Positions 48,425 to 59,766 of a stretch of DNA of 64,000 bases are shown piece by piece. Where the stretch lies: contig NW_027117344.1 of the NCBI RefSeq assembly GCF_038025025.1, positions 2,108,001 to 2,172,000 on the forward strand, read 5' to 3'. The position numbers were made by a program, and so were the translations under genes. The notes below the pieces were generated by a model. That model was not told the origin of the DNA. It saw only the letters and a program-made list of their open reading frames with translations, and did not search any database. Every line of letters starts with the position of its first letter. The stretch's first letter is position 1. The DNA comes from Phyllosticta citribraziliensis. Its lineage: Eukaryota.

Positions 48425-50885
48425 ACTAGGGGATGAATCGAGCCCCTCTATGCTGCCTGTCAATGCCACTCCAGAACGAGATCGGAAGAAGGTCTAGCAC
48501 ATCCTATCATAAAGGCCTTCAGAACGACACGACCACAAGGAGCGCTATCCCGTTGGACACCCAATGTGCATATATTTGAATACTACAACTCTACCAGCCG
48601 CGAACGCAGACATGGAGAAAGATCCCAAAGTTCGAGACTACAGAGGAACAACTCCACAGCCGGCCGCGGCCTTTCTCAACGCAAATACTCCACAGAGACA
48701 ACGGGAGAATCGGCATTGGCATCTCTCAATCCTTGGTTTAGAGCCTTGAAAACTCACAGAGAAGACGCGTGCATCGATCGTCGGCAAACTCGCTCTACAT
48801 CATCATCCAAAGAAGTCGCGGAAGAATCCGTCTCACCCTTCAACATGCGCATGCTCCTCCTGCCTCTCGGTGTTTCTGATCAGACCACGGGGTGAACAGG
48901 CTCTACAGCTCTGCAGCCCAGCAAAAGAAAAGAGACAGCAGGTAGGGAGCGGAACGGTTCGGCAGTGACCAGGAACAATGCTGAAGCGAACCTGGTTGCT
49001 GACCGCAGGAACGATCGATGCCGCCAAGCCATGGCATCGTCTTGCTGCGGCACTGCGCCGACGCGTTGGCGAAGGCTTGCTTCCAAAATTCTTCCTTCCA
49101 TGTCGTAGCTAATAGCTTGTACAGCAAGCCGAGGCTGATTAACGCGCCATCACTTTCCGTCGTCCGTGTGGAGCCACTTACCAAGAACGCATGAGACGGA
49201 AAGACCATCATCCTCGCCCTGTTCTCCTGTTGCTGTTGGGCAGCTTGGACCAGGACGCCTTGACGTCTACACCTGAATGTTGCAGCGGCACGGCAAAAGA
49301 CAATGCGTTCCAGCAGGCATATGAGCATGCAGGACAAGAAAGCGTCGAAGACGGCTCATAGCACGTTCAGCTTCTTGGGCGTTCTATTTGGGTGATGGAA
49401 TCCTCCAACCCTTGAAGGTAAGACTAAATCTCTCCACATGGCAGCGCACTAGAGCATGTCATCTGCGTGCCTTGCGTAGGATGTTTCTCAGCCGAGGAAA
49501 AGCAAAGTATCTCGTCTATTTACTCCTCTTCGAACCAGTCTGCCGAACGATGCCGACAATGCGTGGAAAGCTCTCTCGTCTCGCGTGGATCAGAACCACT
49601 CATTCGCACCGCCAGTGACACGAGAGAAGAGGCTGTAGCCCTACAGTTTCTCCAGCTGAAAGCAAACACTGGCCATTTTAGTTCATTCACCCCATCTCAG
49701 CCTTGGAAATGCTCGACATGGCGGCACCTTCCGATTTCGTCTCTGGAGCTACCAGCAATCCAACAGCAGCCGCCTTGGGTGTTTTTCAGCGTTCCTGCTA
49801 GTCAGGTCGGCCCCAGCCGCTGTTTCTGGGGCCCATGACTTTTTGTCCATGACTTTTGGGCCCATTGCCGTGGAAGCCAACCAGCCACGCAGAGCTCCGC
49901 CATTGCGGGCGGAGCGTTCTTGCCCTGCAACGCAGACTTAGGTGGTTGTTGATCATCGTGATGAAAATAGTGACGGCGCAGAAGCAGAAGACGCGCGGCT
50001 TGGATCGCTTCCTCTTCGTCGTTCAGCCCTTCGCGTCACGGCGCGGCGCTCGCTCCGATCACGCACCAAAGTCAGCGGCAAACAAGGCTGATGCAGAGCA
50101 TGCATGTCGCCTTACCTGTTCATCTGCCGACATGCAAGCAGCAGCAGCAGCCGTAGCGTCGGCAGCGGCGGCGGCGACAGCGGTAAAGTAAGGCAGGTTA
50201 CCAGGGGTGGAAGGGTCAGGACAAAAGCCAGAAGCCGAACCAAAAAGAAAAAAGTGCAGAACGTCGACAAAGCCAAGGCCCGCGCCCAAGAACAGCTCCG
50301 CTTTCCCGTTCCGGCCAGGCCATGTGGCATGGGGCGGCGCAAGGCTTGTCCAGGACGGGCTGTGCAGGGGCGCGTGTGGCAGGCATGGCTGTCGTTCCCG
50401 CCTCCGCGTTGGGGAAGAAGGCGGTGGTTGCTTACGCCGCTTTTTGCGTGCTGGCTCGCTAGGCGCCTGCAAACTGGCGGGAGGGAGGGAGGGAGGGAAG
50501 GATTCGGTCCGAGATGAACATGATTGTCTTTTTCTGAGCTTACTTGGACGTGTTTTGTTTCGAGTGAGTGTCTGTGGTCACTTCTCGAATGCTGCCTTTG
50601 AAAAGGAAAGACGAATTTCATTTTGTTCATATATCGTAAGAAGAGTATCCACACCCTCGTTCCCTCTCAAAGTGTGAAGGAATGCCCTCTCGTAGTGTTT
50701 GTTGGTTTGTCCAAATTGACAAATTGACATGCCGCTAGGCCGTGTGCATTAAGGATAGACAGTTACCACTTCCTCCAACCAAAGCTCAAAATCAGAAGAT
50801 GAACCCCCCCATTCCCCGTATGACAAAGTGCTCCGCGAAGATTCCATTTGGCAGATCGATCTTGTCGAGGCGGGCGGCGGCGTGC

Positions 50886-51251
50886 TTAGTAGTCCTTGCA
50901 CTTGTCGTCGTATTTGCTCTTGTACTCGTTGTACTTCTTGTAGTAGTCGTCGCACTTCTTGTAGTCATACTCGTGCTGGTTCTTGCACTCCTTATCGATC
51001 TTCTTCTTGTAGTCCTCGTACTTGTCCTTGTAGTCGTCGCAATCCTTCTTGTCCTCCCTCTTGTACTTGTCGTCGTCGTACTTCTTCTCGTCGTACTTCT
51101 TGTCGTCGTACTTCTTCTCGTCGTAGTAGTCATTGCCAGCGTCACGCACTTGGATCTTTTGACCAACGGCGTTTTCAGCGGCGACGGGACTGGCCACAGC
51201 CGATGTGAGGAAGAGGGCCAGGACAGAAGTGACTGCGATGAGGGAACGCAT
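50886..51251 (-). CDS. Small secreted Lys/Asp/Tyr-rich repeat protein (121 aa, 4 Cys), unknown function
   Basis: ATG 51251 in ATCACCATG context. Signal peptide MRSLIAVTSVLALFLTSAVA-SP; strongly biased codons (AAG, GAC, TAC); TATAAA on the minus strand at 51381-51386. Confidence 0.85.
   Translation of the reverse strand: MRSLIAVTSVLALFLTSAVASPVAAENAVGQKIQVRDAGNDYYDEKKYDDKKYDEKKYDDDKYKREDKKDCDDYKDKYEDYKKKIDKECKNQHEYDYKKCDDYYKKYNEYKSKYDDKCKDY
51073..51125. repeat. Coding 15-bp tandem repeat (about 3.5 copies) encoding [ED]KKYD
   Basis: Unit TCGTCGTACTTCTT(C/G) repeated on the + strand. Confidence 0.85.
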
Positions 51252-51380
51252 GGTGATTGATTTTGATTGATATGAGGGAAGATGGTTCAGTAGTTGGATG
51301 ATTGGTGTGAAAGATGATTGAGAGGGTAGACGATTGAATTGGCACTGCTGGCTTATTGTCTTCAGCGGTTTCTGGAAATA

Positions 51381-51386
51381 TTTATA
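51381..51386 (-). promoter_or_regulatory. Putative TATA box of the K/D/Y-rich secreted protein gene
   Basis: GGTATAAATA on the minus strand, about 130 nt upstream of ATG 51251. Confidence 0.5.
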
Positions 51387-53828
51387 CCTTTCAAAATGAT
51401 CTTGCCAAGTCAGTCCGCTCCGTCCGTCTCCACAGATCTTTGGCTCAGCAATGATCCTGTCCAGGAATCTTCTTGTCTGTCTAGTCAGTCCTCCCGCTTC
51501 CGTGCGCCTCTGGCTGTGCACTTGCGCCGCCCAGAAACATGGACGGCGGCCTCAGGGCGAAGCGAATAACCTCACCTGAAAGACTCTGACTCCGTTCTCC
51601 CGTCCCTACATCCACAAGCCCCCGCCTCCTCCATTACTCGGCCAAAATACGAGGCTGCTTACCAGCTGTTTGCAGATGCACATGGACTGTGAGCCAATCT
51701 AGAATGGGAAGTTGGAACAGAAGTCTGACATCGAAGACAGAACTGCCGTAGGCCATTTCCTTGCCAACGGCTGTTCAAACCATGTAGGAATTCCGTTTCA
51801 GCTTGAAAATGTGTTCAGCTATTGTTAGCCAGAGATTTGGACTAAGGAATTGATGACGTTAATTCATTGGGTGACGTTGACCGCGCCACAAACACTGCGC
51901 TCAGAAAACACCGCCGGCCTTAGCAAACACGATACTTTCGGCCTTTCTCCATGACAAAGTGCTTACACGCGGAATCGGCTTTGTTGGCAACGCGCGCGCA
52001 TGGCTGTGCAGGAAAATCGCAAATCTAAGGCAGACAGATGGGCATTCCAAGAAAGACATCCTCACGTACCATGTACCTTTACGGGGGTCAAGCGAGCGGA
52101 CGTCTTGCCCGTAAGCATAACCCGCCTTCGGCCTTGGCAACCAAAAGCAAAGAGGCTTTTGGGTAGATCTGCAGACAAACACAGTGTGGCCGTCGGCCGC
52201 CGCGCAGCGCGCATGCTAAGCTTAGAAGGTTCTGCCGGTAACTCTCTTCCCTAGAGATATGCATAAGCTGAAACGTTTTTCAAATTTCTAGAACAAGCGC
52301 GATGGAAACGTCATCCAAAAGGCTTGCTGAGGTCGGGTTTGCCGCCTGAACCGAACCTTATGCCAAAGGCAGGCATTTGGCTGAGAAACGGTTGGACGCG
52401 AGCTTCTGATTCTGCGGCGCAGCTCGTTCAGCAAGTCAGCCTTGGAGCCAAGGAAACAAGGGCCCTTTCAGTGACGCGTTGGCGCTCTATTTTGCGGCTG
52501 CAGTGAGGCCGCTCAAGAGAATTCGCTCACCAAATCCGACACATTTTGCAGGCAGCTCTCCACGGACGAATTTGTCTCCGGAAAAGCGAGGCAGACAAGT
52601 CCGGAAGCTGAGGGCTTGGAAGACTGACTCGCGAGAGATGGCTAGCACACTGACTGCTCTCGCCAACCCAATGCATCCTCCACATTACTTGAATCTGGTG
52701 GAATAGCGCGGATCGGCTGTGGAAGACTCGGTCACTGTTGCAAACTCTCTTTGGAGAAGAAATGAAGAAAAGAGAATGCGATTACAACCCACCCGAGGGA
52801 ACGTCCCAACGCGAATGTTGGCCCGAAAAGTCAAAGCAGCGGACCAGCGTCTTTCGTTTGGTATACGAGCAAGCCCGACGTGTTCAAGTCTTGCGCGTCA
52901 TTCCTTGGTCGGAACTCAGAGCCATGCAGAAGAGTCTTGTTGTCTGAAGATTGGACGAGATGTAGTAGGGATAAAGATGTTAGAAGTGCACCGTGCGGGA
53001 GCGCCCCCGCCTTCCCGTTACGGTTAGAGCTTACGTGGACATGCGCCTTCTCGCCCTCCCACGTGATTTGTCAAAACCCTGGGAGCAGCGCTGGTCTACG
53101 TTCTGTCGAGGGCGTACATCATTTTTTGAGAGCTCAATTGTCTCTTCTCACTTGCATATTGCAAGATCGGTAGGAATAGAAAGTAAGAGCCAAGCCCGTG
53201 TTCTTACAAAGAGCTTCAATTACTCAAATCCACCATTCCGGGTGCTTCTTTTCCGCACAGCATGCAGAGAGAACTGCTAGACTCCGACACACATATGTAA
53301 CCTCTGCTGTGCGGATCCTCCTATCGCGGCAAAAACGAGGCGCTTTTGACAATTGGCGGAAAGTGTGAAACTTTGTCTGGTATTTGAGAACTGCTCGTCT
53401 CTTGGTTTGAATGGGTGAAGTCTGAGGGAAGAGGCTCCTGAGCTGAAGTCTGCAAGGTACTTCGCATCCGAAATTTAACTCCGGAGTGTATACACAATCG
53501 AAATTCGGGTGTTGCAGGATCAGTTGGATGATTGGGGTCCGCCAGTCTTGAGGGCGCTTTCAAAGATTGGGAGTGCTTTTGGTCCTCAAACTTGTAGGTG
53601 TATTCCGAATGACTTTTTGGCTCCGATTTCGCTTCACAAAATTGTCCCATGCAAAGCACATCCAGAAAATGGTAGAATCATGAGGCTCACCATCTAGGGA
53701 GCGGATTGGGATATTTTCTGTTGAAATCATGACAGTTTGAAGAGACTCCGGGGGACTGACAAGATCACATATTCGACTAATGCAACAGATCCTCAAATTG
53801 AACATTTTTGCCATTAACCACGTGCAGT

Positions 53829-54708
53829 CTACCACCGCTGGCGGAACTTCTTGCGCGCTGCTTGCGCATCTGCTGCCTGCTGGCCAGCTTGTTGTCCAGC
53901 CTGTTGTCCATTCTGACCCTCTTGCGCCTGGGCCTGGGGCTGGCCCGCTGCTGGTGGTTGTTGCTCGGCCTGAGCAGGCTGCGCCGCTGGCTGGGCGGCT
54001 GGCTGTTGTCCGGCTTGCGGCTGCTGAGCCTGGGCGTTCCCTTGGCCGGCAGCATTTTGACATGCAGACAGGGCCTGAGTTGTCAGTGTGGGTGACGCTA
54101 ATCGACGAGTCAAGAAAACTTACTGCCTGTTGGTTCTGCTGGTTCTGCGAAATTCCACCCGAAAAGGCCGTGAGCAGTTGGTCGATGACGGGAAGGTCTT
54201 TCTGCGGATCGCCCGTCAGACTTTGGGCCAGGGACATTTCCTGCATTTGCGCGTTTGCCACAGTCTGCAATCCCGAGGCGGCGGGGTTACTCTGACCAGC
54301 GATGCCCTGGTTCGTCTGGCGGATTGTAATTCCAGAGCCGACGACGGTGATGAGATTGCTCTTGAGGCTGCTGAAAAGGTTCTGGTCTCCAACGTCGTTG
54401 CTCTTCAAGAAAGACTGAATTGCCGTCGTGCTGAGTTGTTCGTTCTGTTGTACCAAAATGTTGGAGCCGATTCCATTGAAGAGAGCAGGCGCGATTTTGC
54501 AGGCATCGCCAGGCGCCTGTCCTGCCGCTTGTGGAGCGGCTCCAGCTCCTGCTCCTGCTGCACCTGCACCAGCCCCAGCTCCAGCGGCCTGAGGGTTTGC
54601 ACCAGCTGCAGTGGTGTTGTCGGCACGAATAGAAGGGAAGTGTGGCCCATAAGCCAGGGAGAAAGGGACGAGGGCTAGAACAAATACCGAACCGATTTTC
54701 GAAGGCAT
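53829..54708 (-). CDS. Secreted protein with Ala/Gly linker, helical core and Gln/Ala/Pro-rich tail; 2 exons
   Basis: Signal peptide MPSKIGSVFVLALVPFSLA. Core GIGSNILVQQNE...GITIRQTNQ...GLQTVANAQMQE...FSGGISQNQQNQQA, flanked by two Cys. A 49-nt intron 54123-54075 (GTAAGT..CTGAC..CAG) joins to ALSACQ...ARKKFRQRW*. Confidence 0.85.
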
Positions 54709-57700
54709 TGGGACGACTAGAAATTATTCGCGAATGTGGTTGCGGGTCTCCAGGACATGTACAAAAGCGACCGACACGCTCGCGAGAATTAAGATCAACT
54801 TAACCAGGCGTGGAAAGGAATGACGAGGCAGCGTGACTTCACGCTTTTGCGGGAAAGCGTTCAAACCAAGTTCGACCAAAATTTGAGCCACAACGGTGCT
54901 GGTGAGGAACATCTTGAATATAAAGCTGGCAAGACGGTGGAGCTTTCAAGCACAGCCCTGTCCAGAGCGGGCCATACCCAACGGAGTCTCGGTGGTTTTC
55001 GATTTTTTCGCCCTATCTGGGTTTCATCTGCGGCAGCAGACAGTGGTTTACAAATTCGTGTGGTGCGAGATTTTGGTGTCTCAGCTATGAGACGCTAAGC
55101 TGCGGTTCCTCGCCGGCCGACTCAATCAGACCGCTTGAGACGGGTGTCAAGGGGCTTGCCATAATTCGCGAGTAGAATGCCTTTGAGTTGATCTGACCGA
55201 TGCTGAGGCATTGTTGTAATGAGGAAGATCAAGTGGCAAGGCCCACGAGCCGAACGTCTGCATGTGGCCTGCGGGGAGAAATTTCGGCGCTCTCGGATTG
55301 CTCGAAATCCAAGTTGGTGAGAAATGGACCCTTGTTTGAAATAGTTTGAGGATTGACCACCAGGAGTGATCCGGCGTCGCGATAGGCGCATCCATCTTTA
55401 TCCATGATCTGGCTTCGGGTTCGCTCCGAACAAAGACGTACCAGTGGGCGCTGTCATTTGCCAGACGGTCGAGACTTTCGCATAGCCAAAGGCAGCCAGA
55501 ATGCCAAGTCGCTGCTCGCCACTTCCATCGCGCAACTTTAGTCGGTTGATCCGCAAGAAGCTGCCAACAGCAGCGGGGATGAATGAGGCTGCTGTCGTTG
55601 AAGATGCAAATGACTGTCTTACATATATTGGCAGCATCAAAAGCCTTGATTCAATGTCAGAGGAAGAACTGCCAAGTTGTAGTCAAGGTCATAGTTTTCG
55701 GGATATAGCACTGCGTGGTCAGCAGCAAGCATTGTTCAGTCGGTCATCAGCCAAGCTGTCGAACCAGCCAAGCGCTGCATCGGTGGTTCTTATTTGCCCA
55801 AGTCCCACATCTTGCACTTGGTGATAGCTTCCTGGGCCCCGTGGCAGGTTGGCATTGAATCCCAGCTCAGCCCCGTGCAATGCGGAGCTCGTGGTGTGTG
55901 ATGCAGGGGCAGGAACCAAAGCTTAGCCACAGCTTTGGAGTCGACGGCTTATTTGACACGTGCGACCAGGCGCAGTGCAAAGCAGTCTGGCGTGCTCCAC
56001 TACTGTTCCGGCTTTCGGCTGCGGGTTTAACAGATAGCCGTTTCTGGAGCGTCGCGGACTTGATCGGATCCATAGCTTCCATATAGGCACAAAGCACCTA
56101 CCGTAGGTTTCTAGCATGGGGAATCTGCGCCAATAGGCACTCGTTTTGAGCAACATTCAGAGCTGCACTGGTTCCTGACCAGACTTCGCAGGAAACAACC
56201 CGAGTCGCGGGAATACCGATATCGCGATGGCGTTCCCTACGCTCGAAAATGCGCGTTAAAAACCGGACTCCCGCGGCATGTCGTTGGAACTTGGGGTTGG
56301 ACAAGGCCAGCGAGTACATAGCTACTTGGCTTGTGCCGTGTTGCTGAGCAGAAGGATCGGAGCGCAAAGTCTGATGCCTAAGGTCAGTCAGTCGAGGAAA
56401 GGAGGATTGTCCTGTGCTCAAATGGTAGACCAATCCGCATCCGAAGTCTACGGATCACACCTGAACCATTTTGCGGCACATCGGGAGAGATGGTGGCTTA
56501 TGCCTCAAAACACCGAGGCCGACATAGACGTGTTGACTTTGGTTAGCAGAAGGTACAGGCGACGGACACCGCCGTTGTTGCCGCAAGGCCCAAGGCCTCG
56601 AACCGGTTCTCAACAAACGCTTGGAAACTGTCGCGGCATTCAAGTATCACAACCCTTGGATGAATCTCTGTTTTCAGTTTGGCGTATCCGACGTGTCTTA
56701 GGTAAAGCTTTGACTCGAGAGCCTGGCCGTTGAAAGCGTGATGCCATTGTTGATGCTATCCGTTACGGGCTTCTGGGTCAACGGTCCGCTCGGTTCCCAC
56801 TACCTAGCTGATACCATGCGTGGTGCTCGTACTTACCGCATTATGGAAGCACCAGTCTTCTTCCAATTTCATCGAGTTTGTCATTCTTCCGGCTCCGGCA
56901 CTTTGCAGGTCAAACTTCAATCTCCACAACAAGATCGATTCTCTGTGCTTCTGTTCGATAGAGTCCTTGCGAAGAAATTTCCATCTCCCTCGGGTGTGTG
57001 ATCTCCTCGAGAAGAAAGTTGAGATTTTGGAGTGACCAAGAATGTTGGCTTTCTGGCCGGACAGATACCTCAGACAAGCTCTGCTATGTTCGCAAGGACA
57101 ACCATGAAGTCATCTGGCCGGCACGGCCAAGATAACCAGGCTGTCGTTAAACTTTGCCATTCGTTTTGTCATCATCGGTTCTGTTCAGCCTTCACCAAGC
57201 CCGGTCGGATCCAAAAGTCTTCGCGAATCTTGGCCGTCGTTTCGACATTCCTCCGTGTCATCGTCTAATAGCATCAGCCCAGGTTGATCAAGGGAGGTAG
57301 GGGAACTTATAAAAAATCTTGGGCCACCTCCCCGAGTTGCCTCGGAGAGGCGGCTAGGGCTCCTCGCCCTCCTCCCAGTCTTACCCAACCGCTCATCCCC
57401 TGAGTGGCATCCACCACCAAATGCCCCTCACTCGCCCACGCATGCATTTCCACAAGATCGCAACCACAGCGTCGAAGCCGCACCCCGGAATGTCAGCCAG
57501 CAAGCTCAAACCTAGTCCCGGCCCTTCCGCCAACCCATCCAAGGGTCCAGACTAACGGAGGTGGAAAACGTGAATGAGAGGATGGAAATAAGCCGGCAGC
57601 CGCCGTAGGCAGACAAGTCGTAACTTTGAGCCTCACTCTGGAGAGGTCCTGCCTATTGCCACTGGAACCCGGCCGCAAGCCATCGTATTCTTCCACGAAA

Positions 57701-59766
57701 CCCGGCCTCTGCTGGAATGGCTGTGGTTTGTCGGCAAGTCGGGACTGTCGAGTTTGCGATTTTGTTGCTGCGTACCAGAAGAAAGCTTTGAAACTGGGTC
57801 GACGAACAGTGTCGAAACAACGAGGTTTGTAAAGAGCAGTTGTTCGACTTTATGGACTCGAGTTCTGTAAGATTCGCAGCGATTGTCAGCCCTGGCCATT
57901 GCCACAAACCTCGGTCGGCTTCTCCATTGCTCCCGCAGAACCGCCAACGGCACTGCCCCGCTTCATCCAAACCTCGATGCCTTGCACCAAGAAGTCATCT
58001 CTCTGTTGTTGTTGCAGCCATCCCAGAGACACGTTTTTGTTTCCCTGTCGCCACCTGTAGGTAGCGCCGAGGGCGATATTCAGCGGACAAATAACATCAT
58101 CAAAAACCGCTTCCATCTCCACGCGTGTGCAGAGGTATTTTCGTACCCAGATGAAAACCCAGGCCGACAGGCTCGGCGCTCACCAGGATTCCCATCGCTG
58201 TTCGTTGGGACTGATGATTATCACGGCTGGTCGGACGACACCACATGGTGACAATGCAGATGGCGGGTGCCGTTGCAAAGGCTGGAGACTGTGCTGGCTG
58301 ATATGCACTCCAGCAAGATTGGACAGGGTAGAGCATCAGGTTCGCTGAGCATTTCTGCTTGCGGAGTTGGAGAGCTGCTCGTGATCTTCACCACTGCCGG
58401 AATGGCAAGACCAAGTCAAGATTGCCGAGCCTTTGTGCGTATTGGATCCGCCTGCATTTTTTGAGAATGTCGACCCACACCCACGTTCGCCATGAAGAAG
58501 TGGACCCCCAATAAGCCCTTGGGGCACCTGACGACAGACCTGCAGACTGTCGATGGAACAGCATGCCTAACTCCCTCTGTGTGGTGCTTGCAGATGTCGC
58601 TGCACGCAATGCGTGGTTCTGACGATACTGTCTGGCAAATGGTGGTGGAGGCGAGGGGCATGCGTTCTGTTGTCAGACAAGGGCGGTAGCCGTCAAGACT
58701 GCGACCAATCAGGTGACACCGGCCAGGTATATTGGTGATGCAACCACATGGTGGAAGCGGACAGCACCGAAGCTGCTTGTGAGGATCGAGGCAACTTTTC
58801 AGAAGCCCAAGACGGAATCTAATGTTGCAGGATCAGCAGCCCGACTGGCCTCATATAAGTTTGACAGAGGACGAAAATCCCATCGACAACCCGTAAAGGT
58901 CGCCCGGCAGCTCCCACCTGTGCTATTCCGGCATTCTCGCTAGGCACTTTGCCTCAAAGCCGTCCATGTAGACCAGAGTCTGCTGTCCGGATTGATGAAT
59001 CGACGCGCGTCCCTTTCGAGGATCTTACCAAAACGACGCATGAAACCTCCCCAAGACCACGATTCTCGCTTTGACGACCCTTCCAACAACCTTCGTCCCG
59101 GCCGAAGCACACGGGCACATCGGGATGCTTCCAGGTGCTAGTCACGAGGTCGGCAACTGCGCTGAGGCCCGTGAGACTGAAACCGAAAATGGTTAGGGTT
59201 AAGTTCCGAATCCAATCCTCCCCATCGCGTCTCCCAGAAGGGCAGCACCGCAACGACCAAGCCACAGACACCGTGAGACCGTGCTGAGAGGCTCGAGTGA
59301 AGGACCGGCATCGCAAGCACCAACGCAATGGAGTGTCGTTAAACATCCCTACTCCACCGTGAGGTGTTTCGGGGGACGGGAGACGGCGCTGTTATGGGAG
59401 GGAGCTGCATCGGTTGTGTTGACGCGGTCGCGCGAGAGAATGGTGGATGAAGAGAGGCGCGTGCCGTGGGGCCCACAATTGTCAACTTCGTTGAAGACCG
59501 GTACGACGGTTTTGAAATTGATGGACAAGTCGAATGGATGCGAATTTGGAGAGCGAACAGGAGTGGTTCCGCAAAGTCGTTGGTGGTGGAGTTGGAGAAG
59601 GGAGACGAAACGGTGGAGGTTGGGGACTTGGGAGACGCGTTTTCGGTTAGTAGCGCGTTTTGGGAAAATACGTGGATGACGTAAGACCGGCAGCTCCAGT
59701 CACCACGGCATCATCGAAAATATTCCTCCACTGAACAACACCACGCCTGTGCTCTATTTTATCGAC

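Noticed and set aside
50742..51260. Plus-strand 172-aa ORF with a very long Val/Leu hydrophobic run
   Set aside because: Antisense shadow of the K/D/Y repeat gene: AAG, GAC and TAC reverse-complement to CTT, GTC and GTA. The minus strand has the signal peptide, start context and TATA box.
55000..59700. Many short ORFs in the long spacer; possible transposon relic
   Set aside because: No transposase, RT, integrase or gag motifs, and no LTR/TIR pair or coherent exon chain visible by eye.
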